DNA from: an uncultured Verrucomicrobiae bacterium
GTDB lineage: Bacteria; Verrucomicrobiota; Verrucomicrobiia; Chthoniobacterales; JACTMZ01
Direction: 5' to 3'
Assembly: GCA_963776165.1 (NCBI GenBank)
Contig: CAVZLI010000008.1
Span: 351,424 to 415,423 of the forward strand
DNA: 64,000 nt
In this document: positions 10,086-17,400 of the stretch, one piece after another
Layout of the letters: each line of letters opens with the position of its first letter
How positions within the stretch are numbered: the first letter of the stretch is position 1
Notes under the pieces: model-generated
Told to the model about the DNA's origin: nothing
Databases searched by the model: none
The model's input: only the letters and a program-made list of their open reading frames with translations
Program-made: the position numbers and the translations under genes

Positions 10086-10138
10086 AATTTGCGACGCGGA
10101 GAAGCGATTGTCAACGGGAAGTTACGGAATTTTTACAA
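10086..10138 (-). promoter_or_regulatory. Sigma70-like promoter of the PEP-CTERM gene with an upstream direct-repeat box
   Basis: TTGACA (10114-10109)-N17-CAAATT; TTGTAAAAATTCCGTAACTT lies 4 nt upstream of the -35. Confidence 0.45.
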
Positions 10139-10165
10139 AAATCGGAAAAGTTCACATTTGGAGGA

Positions 10166-10194
10166 GCGGCGCGCCGGGGACGTCGCGCCCTACC
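10166..10194 (-). repeat. GTAGGG-type REP variant
   Basis: Reverse complement GGTAGGGCGCGACGTCCCCGGCGCGCCGC is identical to the copy starting at 52231. Confidence 0.8.
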
Positions 10195-10454
10195 CAGGTT
10201 TGCGGATAAGGGGTTGCGGGGGAACCTTTTGGGGGGTGCTTCGGTTGCGCTCGCCTACAGCGAGCTGGGGGCGGTGGTCGGAGGATGGGCCCTGTTGCGG
10301 TCGGTGGACACAAGGTCCACCGCGCCGCCAGACACCTCACTCAGGTTTCAAGTCTCCCGCCCTCATCCCTCTCTTCACACAAGGTCCACCGCGCCGCCCC
10401 CAGTCACCGCGCCGCGGGGCTTGTCCCCGTGGACGGAGGAGGCCAGATTGCGCC

Positions 10455-11290
10455 ATGCGCACGCGGCGGACAGACCTCGTCCACCGCATCGCTTATTCAT
10501 GGACCGGATGGCCGAAGAGTGGCGCGGCGTTCCCTCCCCTGCCTGGCGACGATTTCCTCGCTTCGCTCGACGCGGCGTGGGCCATCGACGGCTTGCGCCG
10601 CATCGCGCAGCGTTGGCAGCCGGATCTCGTCCAATTCACCTTCGAGACGCTGGGGAGTCCCCGAACCCGCACGTGGGCGGGTGTGGTTTGGGAGTAACTG
10701 GGGCTACCCTCGTTGCAAAGGGGGAAAGGCACCGACGCTCATAGAGCGCCGCTACAACCCGATCAAAACTTGTAGCGGCGGTCTATGACCGTCGCTGCCT
10801 GATAACACTTCGAGTTACTCGGGAGTGTCTCGCCGGAATTCGTCGCCGCACGGGCCAAGGGGCGGCTGGATCATGCGCTGCGCAAGACGGGATGGCGTGA
10901 TGGCTTCGAGCGCAAGGTCGCTTTGCGATCTCTCGGGGAAAACACGCTCGACGTCGTGTTGCGCTACATCGCCACGCAATTGGACCGCGCGGATCTGGCG
11001 GATCGGCCGCGAGGATTTTCTGCCGAAGGTGACGGCGTCGGTGCGGGCATGGAGCGAGGGGCTGGCGAGCGGGCGATGCAGGCACAGCCCGTCCGGGCGT
11101 GCATTCGTTGGCGGTCATGCCAGACCATGTGCATCTGGCGGTGCGCGGACCGGCGGCGCGGTCGCCGGATGAGATTGCGGGCAGCCTGCGCGAGGCGCTC
11201 CATCGGGCGGCGGGGTGTTTGCTCTTCGACCCGCGTGTTTATGCGGGGACGTTTTCGTCGTATCCGCTTTCGCAGGTGCGTGGCCGGTGA
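10455..11290 (+). pseudogene. HUH (Y1) transposase-like gene, disrupted by an insertion and frameshifts
   Basis: MRTRR...FTFETLGS | 168-bp insert | VSPEFVAARAKGRLDHAL...LRYIATQL; later SLAVMPDHVHLAVRG (HUH motif) in another frame. Confidence 0.75.
10728..10794. repeat. Two family-B REP arms back-to-back inside the transposase insert
   Basis: GGCACCGACGCTCATAGAGCGCCGCTACA then TGTAGCGGCGGTCTATGACCGTCG. Confidence 0.8.
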
Positions 11291-11428
11291 TCGGACCTGT
11301 TGCGGTCGGTGGACACAAGGTCCACCGCGCCGCCCGGAGGACTGTTGCAGACCGTAGTCACAAGGTCAGGGACGCCGCTTCGCTTTGACCTTGAGGCCTC
11401 GCGCGGGGTCTCCTAGGTTGACCGTCCC

Positions 11429-12352
11429 ATGTCCGTTCTCATTGTTGGTTCCATCGCGCTCGACGACGTCAAAACACCCGTCGAGGAACGTTTCGATCTG
11501 CTCGGGGGCTCGGCCTCCTACGCGGCGGTCTCCGCCGGGTATTTTTCGCCGGTCAACCTGGTGGCCATCGTCGGGGAGGATTTCCCGGCCGATCACTGGA
11601 GCTTCCTGCAAGACCGCGGGATCAACCTCGAGGGCGTGCAGCGGGCGGCGGGGAAAACATTCCGTTGGTCCGGCGAATACATGTGGGACATGAACACGCG
11701 CGAAACCCGCTCGGTCGCGCTCAATGTCTTCGAAACTTTCTCGCCGACGTTGCCGGAACATTTCAAAGCGAACGACTTCGTCCTGCTGGCCAACATCGCG
11801 CCGGAGCTGCAGCTGCAAGTTCTCGACCAGATGGAAAAGCCGAAATTCGTCATCGCCGACACGATGGACCTCTGGATCAACATCGCGCAACCGGCCTTGC
11901 TCGATCTGCTCAAGCGCGTCGACATGCTCATCCTCAACGACAGCGAGGCGCGCGAGCTGACCAAGGAAACCAGCCTGATCAAGGCCGGCAAAAAAATCCA
12001 AGCGCTCGGACCGCGCATCGTCGCGGTGAAGAAGGGCGAACACGGCTGTCTCCTCTTCGGAGAGAACGGCGATTTCTTCAGCTGTCCCGCGTACCCGCTC
12101 GAAGATATCCACGATCCGACGGGTGCAGGCGACACCTTTGCCGGCGGCCTGACCGGCTACCTCGCGAGCCGCGGCAACCATGAGGTCAGCTTCAAAACTT
12201 TGAAGACCGCTGTCGTCGTCGGCAGCGTGCTGGCCAGCTACAACGTCGAAGCCTTCAGCCTCGAACGCATGCGCTCGGTCGAGCAGAAGGACATCCTCGA
12301 ACGCTTCGCCGAGTTCCAAGACCTCGCGCACTTCGACGCGGATTTGCCGTAG
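11429..12352 (+). CDS. PfkB-family carbohydrate kinase
   Basis: GGSASYAA N-terminal motif; DPTGAGDTFAGG PfkB signature. Confidence 0.93.
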   Translation: MSVLIVGSIALDDVKTPVEERFDLLGGSASYAAVSAGYFSPVNLVAIVGEDFPADHWSFLQDRGINLEGVQRAAGKTFRWSGEYMWDMNTRETRSVALNVFETFSPTLPEHFKANDFVLLANIAPELQLQVLDQMEKPKFVIADTMDLWINIAQPALLDLLKRVDMLILNDSEARELTKETSLIKAGKKIQALGPRIVAVKKGEHGCLLFGENGDFFSCPAYPLEDIHDPTGAGDTFAGGLTGYLASRGNHEVSFKTLKTAVVVGSVLASYNVEAFSLERMRSVEQKDILERFAEFQDLAHFDADLP

Positions 12353-12383
12353 GGTATTTCGAAGGCACCTGATCGGGTTCAAA

Positions 12384-12433
12384 CGCCGCGCGGGGCGCAC
12401 GGCGTCACGCGCGAGGGCGCGCGTGCTCCCCGA
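12384..12433 (-). repeat. GGGGAGCACG-type REP (family C)
   Basis: Reverse complement GGGGAGCACGCGCGCCCTCGCGCGTG matches 35604-35629. Confidence 0.65.
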
Positions 12434-12496
12434 GACCGCAGAGACTGCGCAGCGCGTTTTTGGGAAGATGACGCGGATTTGCCGCAATTTCCATAG

Positions 12497-12571
12497 GTTG
12501 TAGCGGCGGTCTGTGACCGTCGGAACCTTATCGCTTTCCAAGGCACCGACGGTCATAGACCGCCGCTACAA
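12497..12571. repeat. 75-bp REPIN (family B), left flank of the TA cassette
   Basis: TGTAGCGGCGGTCTGTGACCGTCGG...CCGACGGTCATAGACCGCCGCTACA; 71/75 identical to 13096-13170. Confidence 0.9.
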
Positions 12572-12590
12572 AAAGCAACGAGGCAGTTTC

Positions 12591-12776
12591 TTATCCTGCC
12601 ATCGCTTCGAGCCTCTCGAGAGCTTGACGCGGGGAAAGGATGGTCACACCGAGCTTGCGCATCGCGGCTTCGGGAAAATGACGTGGATTGCCTGTCACGA
12701 TGACGCGTTCATCCGTGGCACAAGCGACAACGACAAAGATCAGGTCATCCGGGTCGGGCAATTCAAGTTTCAGCAC
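12591..12776 (-). pseudogene. C-terminal half of a PIN-domain toxin; N-terminus missing
   Basis: LPDPDDLIF...IVTGNPRHFP...ILSP is typical of PIN C-termini; no N-terminal DTN motif. Confidence 0.7.
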
Positions 12777-13051
12777 AAGGCCGCGCGAATCTCGGCGTTG
12801 ATCTGCGCCATGGTCAGGCGGTCGGACCCGTGCAGCACGGCTTCACGCTGGACCGCCCCAAGCGCACGGCCCAATTCCATCCGGCGCAGCAGATCGAGGT
12901 CTTCCTCCAAACGATCACCGGCCGCCGGAATCAAAATGCCGACTGTCTTGTTGCCCCGCGTGATGACCCGCGGTCCGGGCTTGGGCAGATCCCGCAAAAC
13001 GCGGGCCGTGGACTTCGAAAGCTCGCGCGTGTTGAGAAGGGTCGGGCTCAT
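12770..13051 (-). CDS. Phd/YefM-family antitoxin
   Basis: LNTRELSKSTARVLRDL...VITRGNKTVGILIP; C-terminal LTMAQINAEIRA. Confidence 0.8.
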   Translation of the reverse strand: MSPTLLNTRELSKSTARVLRDLPKPGPRVITRGNKTVGILIPAAGDRLEEDLDLLRRMELGRALGAVQREAVLHGSDRLTMAQINAEIRAALC

Positions 13052-13086
13052 CGCGTCAATGTCTGACAATTGGGGGACAATGTCAA
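13052..13086 (-). promoter_or_regulatory. Leaderless-type promoter with TGACA-N12-TGTCA operator
   Basis: TTGACA-N17-GACATT-N6-ATG. Confidence 0.55.
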
Positions 13087-13095
13087 AACCCCGGA

Positions 13096-13170
13096 GTTGT
13101 AGCGGCGCTCTATGAGCGTCGGAACCTTATCGCTTTCCATGGCACCGACGGTCATAGACCGCCGCTACAA
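13096..13170. repeat. 75-bp REPIN (family B), right flank of the TA cassette
   Basis: Direct repeat of 12497-12571 with a compensatory G-C to C-G change in the stem. Confidence 0.9.
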
Positions 13171-13187
13171 GGGTTCGCTGGAAATTT

Positions 13188-13628
13188 CTACGCGGCCAAC
13201 ATCGCCGAGGGGAACCAGATGTAGAGCATCAGGTAGACGATGACGCCGGTCACCGAGACGTAGAGCCAGAGTGGCAGGGTGATGCGGGCCCATTTGCGGT
13301 GGCGGTCGAAGCGGGCACGCAGGGCGGGGATCACGGTCATCAAGACCAGCGGCACGATGGCGGCGGCGAGGATGATGTGGGTGATGAGGATGAAAAAGTA
13401 AAGCGGACGGATGACCGGGTGCTCGTAGGTGAAGCGGATCGAGCCGACGTGGTAGTGGTAGACAACGTAGCAAGCGAGAAAGACGGCCGAAACGGTGAGA
13501 GCGGACACCATGCAGATGATGTGCTGCTGTTTGCGCTCGTGTTTGATGAACCACCACCCCGCGAGGAGGAACAGGGTGCAGATGGTATTGAGCGTGGCGT
13601 TGACCGCCGGCAGATCGGTGACGCTCAT
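13188..13628 (-). CDS. DUF420 membrane protein (oxidase assembly, CtaM/YozB-like)
   Basis: LPAVNATLN...HIILAA...HRKWARITLPLWLYVSVTGVIVYLML. Confidence 0.92.
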   Translation of the reverse strand: MSVTDLPAVNATLNTICTLFLLAGWWFIKHERKQQHIICMVSALTVSAVFLACYVVYHYHVGSIRFTYEHPVIRPLYFFILITHIILAAAIVPLVLMTVIPALRARFDRHRKWARITLPLWLYVSVTGVIVYLMLYIWFPSAMLAA

Positions 13629-13861
13629 CCGGCGGATCCGTGACGCGCGTCGACCGCCTTGATCGTCTTCATGACGAACCACCCCAGCCCGCTGCACAGG
13701 GCGAAGAGGAAGGCGAGCATGGCAATGACACCCCATGAAAAGGCGAATCCGGCCATGACGGTGGTGACCTCGGCATCCTCGCTGACCACGCGGCAACCGG
13801 CGCAAGCCCATGCGGGGGCGTTGAGCAGGAAGGTGGCGAGGATGACCGCGAGGAGTTTCAC
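13625..13861 (-). CDS. Small exported CxxC membrane protein in the oxidase operon
   Basis: Signal peptide, AWACAGC, one TM helix; stop overlaps the DUF420 start. Confidence 0.75.
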   Translation of the reverse strand: MKLLAVILATFLLNAPAWACAGCRVVSEDAEVTTVMAGFAFSWGVIAMLAFLFALCSGLGWFVMKTIKAVDARHGSAG

Positions 13862-13902
13862 GCTGGAAAAATAGCTTCCACCGTGAACGAGGGCAAGTCG
13901 CC

Positions 13903-13975
13903 GGTAGGGTCCGCTGGCCCAGCGGACCGCTGCCTTTCCGAAAGCGTGCGGACGGCTGGGCCAGCCGTCCCTACC
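13903..13975. repeat. GTAGGG-type REP doublet overlapping the SCO stop codon
   Basis: GGTAGGGTCCGCTGGCCCAGCGGACCGC ... GCGGACGGCTGGGCCAGCCGTCCCTACC. Confidence 0.85.
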
Positions 13976-14630
13976 GATCGGTAGCTTCGGCAGCTCCCTG
14001 CTCCCGCAGCAGATTCCCCGTATCCATGAGAACCTTGGGGATCAGCTCGGGATCCTCGAGCATCCGGGCGCTGCGGACCATGCCGTGGCCGTCGACGATG
14101 AGGAACATGGTGCCGTGGACCGGTTCGCCGTTTTCTTCCGAGAGATGCTGCATGAAACCTTCCGTCACGAGCTTCTCGATCACGGCTTTGTCGCCGGTGA
14201 GGAATTTCCAGCGGTCGGGGTCGGCGAAGTTGGCTTCGGCGTAGGCTTTGAGCACTTCGGGCGTGTCGTATTCGGGATCGACCGTGACCGAGACGAGTTT
14301 GACCTCGGGGGTTTTGACCAGCGCCTTTTGCATTTCGAGCATGCGCGCGGTCATGAGCGGACACGGCCCCGCGCACCGCGTGAAGATGAAGTCGGCGATC
14401 CAGATGTGGCCGCGCAAGTCGTCCTTGGTCACGGTTTGGCCGTTCTGGTCGGTCAGGGAAAAGTCCGGCACCGCACGGATAACCGGAAGTTTCTCCACGT
14501 CGCGGCGGACGGAGGTCTGCCACATCGAGTAACCCATGGCCACGGCGAGAACAAAGCCGAGAAAAGCGCCGGCCCAGGCCAGCCCGCGCATGCGCGAAGC
14601 AACGATGTCTTCCTGGGGGTGGTCGTTCAA
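13971..14630 (-). CDS. SCO1/SenC copper chaperone
   Basis: FIFTRCAGPCP, SVTVDPEYDTPEVL, HGTMFLIVD; TTG start overlapping the ctaE stop (start uncertain). Confidence 0.92.
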   Translation of the reverse strand: MNDHPQEDIVASRMRGLAWAGAFLGFVLAVAMGYSMWQTSVRRDVEKLPVIRAVPDFSLTDQNGQTVTKDDLRGHIWIADFIFTRCAGPCPLMTARMLEMQKALVKTPEVKLVSVTVDPEYDTPEVLKAYAEANFADPDRWKFLTGDKAVIEKLVTEGFMQHLSEENGEPVHGTMFLIVDGHGMVRSARMLEDPELIPKVLMDTGNLLREQGAAEATDR

Positions 14631-15226
14631 ACCAGGTAAAGCACCGAGTAAAGGAACAACCAGACCACGTCGACAAAGTGCCAATACATGCCGGCGAGGA
14701 CGAGATAGGTGTGGCTCTGCGCGGTGTAGGCACCGCCGAGTTGGCGGATCAGCGCCCAGGCGATCATCAGCACCCCGACCAGCACGTGGAGTCCGTGGAA
14801 CCCGGTGAGGACGAAGAACGACGCGCCGTAGGCTCCGCCTTTGTTGAACCACAGACCTTCGTGGTGCATGTGATACCACTCGTAAGCTTGGATCCCGAGG
14901 AAGAGGGTTCCGAGAAACACCGTGAGCACAAGCCAGGGAAGACCGCGCTTGCCTTTCTTCACTGCCACCTCGGCGGCGTGGTAAGTGAAGCTGCTGGCGA
15001 TGAGGAAGACCGTGTTGATGCCGGTGAGCACGACGGGCAACGCGGGAAGATCGGGCGAAGGCGGCCAGGCGGGCGAGCTGAGGCGCAGGACGATGTAGCC
15101 GGCGATGAGTCCGGCGAAGAGCATGGCCTCGGAGGCGAGGAAGATGGTCATGCCGAAGACCGCCGTGCGCTGCGAGGCGTGGTGGTCGGACGGACTGTCG
15201 TGGGCGGTCAGGGCGGCGGTGCTCAT
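14627..15226 (-). CDS. ctaE: Cytochrome c oxidase subunit III
   Basis: FLASEAMLF, LTGFHGLHV, YWHFVDVVW. Confidence 0.95.
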   Translation of the reverse strand: MSTAALTAHDSPSDHHASQRTAVFGMTIFLASEAMLFAGLIAGYIVLRLSSPAWPPSPDLPALPVVLTGINTVFLIASSFTYHAAEVAVKKGKRGLPWLVLTVFLGTLFLGIQAYEWYHMHHEGLWFNKGGAYGASFFVLTGFHGLHVLVGVLMIAWALIRQLGGAYTAQSHTYLVLAGMYWHFVDVVWLFLYSVLYLV

Positions 15227-15237
15227 GGTCGGTTATT

Positions 15238-15354
15238 TCAGGTGAAAAAGGTCTTCCAGACAATCACCAGCGCGCAGAGAAGCACGGCAAAGACCGCGAT
15301 TCCGGCGAGCAGGCGACGGTTGGCTTGGCGGGTTTTGGCATCGGGAGGATTCAT
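15238..15354 (-). CDS. 38-aa single-TM protein (not in the ORF track)
   Basis: MNPPDAKTRQANRRLLAGIAVFAVLLCALVIVWKTFFT; starts immediately after the ctaB stop. Confidence 0.65.
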   Translation of the reverse strand: MNPPDAKTRQANRRLLAGIAVFAVLLCALVIVWKTFFT

Positions 15355-16242
15355 TCATCGGGCCAGGACCATCAGTCCGAGCAGGAGCGGCAGGTAGGCG
15401 ATGGAACCGAGGAAAAGCCAACGGGCCGCGGGGATCGAGCCGCCGCTCACCGCGAAATTGGCCGCCATGGAGGCGAAGCCCGCGCCGAGGAGCAGGGCGC
15501 CGTAGAAATAGACAGCCGAGTAGTCGAAGAACACGGACGGCAACAGACTCACCGCGAGCAGGGCCAGCGCGTAGATGAAGGCTTGGCGTCCGGTGACGGC
15601 GCCGCTCTCGTCATTTTCCGAAAGCATCTTGAATCCGGCCTGCGCGTAATCCGCGCGGTAGAGCCACGCGATGGCCAGGAAGTGCGGCATCTGCCAGAGG
15701 AAAAGGATGGCGAACAAGGTCAACCCTTCGGCATTGATCGATCCGCGGGCGGCGGTCCAGCCGATGAGGGGCGGAAGCGCTCCGGGCACCGCGCCGATGA
15801 TGGTGTTGAGTTCCGTCACGCGCTTGAGCGGCGTGTAAACGAAGATGTAAAAAATGATCGTGGCGGCGGCGAGGCCGGCGGCGAGGAGGTTGGCGAAAAG
15901 CGCGAGAATGAGGACGCCGCTGACCGAGAGCACGGCGCCGGTGAGCAAAGCATCGGACGCGGCCATGCGTCCGGCGGGCAGCGGACGGTCACGCGTGCGT
16001 TTCATGCGCGCATCGAAGTCGCGCTCCCACCATTGGTTGAGCGCCGCGGCACCGGCTGCGCTGAGGGCCGTGCCGGCCAGAGTGGCCGCAAGGAGCAGCC
16101 AGCTCCAGGTGTCCTTGACCCCGAGGGCGAATCCGGCCATGGCGGTGGCCACGGTGAGCAGGCTCAGGCGCGCCTTGACCAATTCCATGAGGTCGGCCGC
16201 GGCGGTGGCCGGGCGGGGGCGGGACTGGACGGCGGATTTCAT
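15355..16242 (-). CDS. ctaB: Protoheme IX farnesyltransferase (heme O synthase)
   Basis: ERDFDARMKRTRDRPLPAG, YTPLKR, WQMPHFLAIAW. Confidence 0.96.
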   Translation of the reverse strand: MKSAVQSRPRPATAAADLMELVKARLSLLTVATAMAGFALGVKDTWSWLLLAATLAGTALSAAGAAALNQWWERDFDARMKRTRDRPLPAGRMAASDALLTGAVLSVSGVLILALFANLLAAGLAAATIIFYIFVYTPLKRVTELNTIIGAVPGALPPLIGWTAARGSINAEGLTLFAILFLWQMPHFLAIAWLYRADYAQAGFKMLSENDESGAVTGRQAFIYALALLAVSLLPSVFFDYSAVYFYGALLLGAGFASMAANFAVSGGSIPAARWLFLGSIAYLPLLLGLMVLAR

Positions 16243-17258
16243 CAGGCGGGCACGAGGTTTTCTTTCTCCCGTTTGAGCTCGGCGGCCCGTGGAGAGAAGG
16301 CTCCGAGGAGGAAACACTGGGCGACCCCCAAAAACAAGATCAGGGCGCCCACGGCCACGTGGGCCGTGGTGACATCGGCGGCTTTGTTCGACCAGACGGT
16401 CCAGGCGCCGAGGGCGATTTGCACGATGACGAGCGCCACCCACCAGCGGGAGGCATGACGCACGCCCATGGCGGCGCGGCGGGCTTTCCACGCGTAGGTG
16501 ATGAAGAGGACTGCGAGGACGACAGCCATCAAGCGATGCAGCATTTGCAAATGGATCTGGGCAATGGTCGTCGGCACCTCACCGGAGGCGATGCGTTGCG
16601 CATTGATCGCGGCCAATTGCTCGGCATTGACCATCGGCCAGAGCTGCCCGTAGGCCAGCGGGAAGTCGTGGATGGAGAGCCCGGCATGCTCGTGACGCAT
16701 GGTGGCGCCGAGCGCCAGCTGCACGTAGACCAGAATGGTCAGCACCACCGCCCAGCGCATGAGGCCCGGCGCGTGCCAGCGCCAGCGCGCACCGCCGGTG
16801 GCGAAGGCTTTGCTCGTGGCGATGCAAATGACGACGAGTAGCGAAATGTAGGCCTGCGCCAGCATGCCGTGGAAGATGCCGAGTTCATCGAGGATCATGG
16901 TGACGCGCAACCCACCGAGGACGCCCTGCACGATGACGGTGGCCACCGCGACGTAGCCGAGGACGCGGACCCATTTGCGCGGCTCGGCCATCCAAAGCGA
17001 GATGGCCAGAATGATAGTCATGAGCCCGACACCGGAAGCGATAAGGCGGTGGACATGCTCGTAAAAAATGCCGCCGACCCAGCGGGAGAGCGGGAAAAGA
17101 AACATGTTGTAGCCGTAGCTGTTCGGCCAGTCGGGCACGGTCATGCCCACGCCTTTCGAGGTCACCAACCCGCCGCTGAGCAGGAGGATGAACGCTGCGA
17201 CCGCCGTGGCCACGGCGTAGGCGAAGACGAGGGTGCGGGCGGTGCCGTAGTGGTTCAT
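16242..17258 (-). CDS. ctaA: Heme A synthase (COX15/CtaA)
   Basis: PDWP, EHVHR, QMLHR, TAHV histidine motifs. Confidence 0.92.
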   Translation of the reverse strand: MNHYGTARTLVFAYAVATAVAAFILLLSGGLVTSKGVGMTVPDWPNSYGYNMFLFPLSRWVGGIFYEHVHRLIASGVGLMTIILAISLWMAEPRKWVRVLGYVAVATVIVQGVLGGLRVTMILDELGIFHGMLAQAYISLLVVICIATSKAFATGGARWRWHAPGLMRWAVVLTILVYVQLALGATMRHEHAGLSIHDFPLAYGQLWPMVNAEQLAAINAQRIASGEVPTTIAQIHLQMLHRLMAVVLAVLFITYAWKARRAAMGVRHASRWWVALVIVQIALGAWTVWSNKAADVTTAHVAVGALILFLGVAQCFLLGAFSPRAAELKREKENLVPA

Positions 17259-17260
17259 AA

Positions 17261-17365
17261 GGCAGGGACGAGCGGCCCGCTCGTCCGCCTCGTTTCAAAC
17301 GGGCACACGAGCCGCGTGCCCCTACCCTCCGGACAAGCCAGCGGACGGCTGGAGCCGTCCCTACC
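17261..17365. repeat. Cluster of three GTAGGG-type REPs between ctaD and ctaA
   Basis: GCAGGGACGAGCGGCCCGCTCGTCCGC; CGGGCACACGAGCCGCGTGCCCCTACC; GCGGACGGCTGGAGCCGTCCCTACC. Confidence 0.8.
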
Positions 17366-17400
17366 GAGGGAAGAAGAAACCCTGCGGCTCATATCTCGCC

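Larger units (their letters stand above)
10291..11334 (+). mobile_element. Putative IS200/IS605- or RAYT-like element bounded by identical 39-bp hairpin-containing direct repeats
   Basis: CCTGTTGCGGTCGGTGGACACAAGGTCCACCGCGCCGCC at 10291-10329 and 11296-11334, flanking a HUH transposase remnant. Confidence 0.65.

Noticed and set aside
12349..12372. GTAGGG at the pfkB stop as another REP-supplied stop
   Set aside because: No palindromic stem follows, so it was not counted
10291..13170. Repeats as a CRISPR array
   Set aside because: Only 2-3 copies with irregular, gene-sized spacing and no cas genes; they are REP or hairpin elements
15233..15421. 62-aa ORF from the ORF track between ctaB and ctaE
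   Set aside because: Implausible composition; the 38-aa TM ORF in another frame fits better
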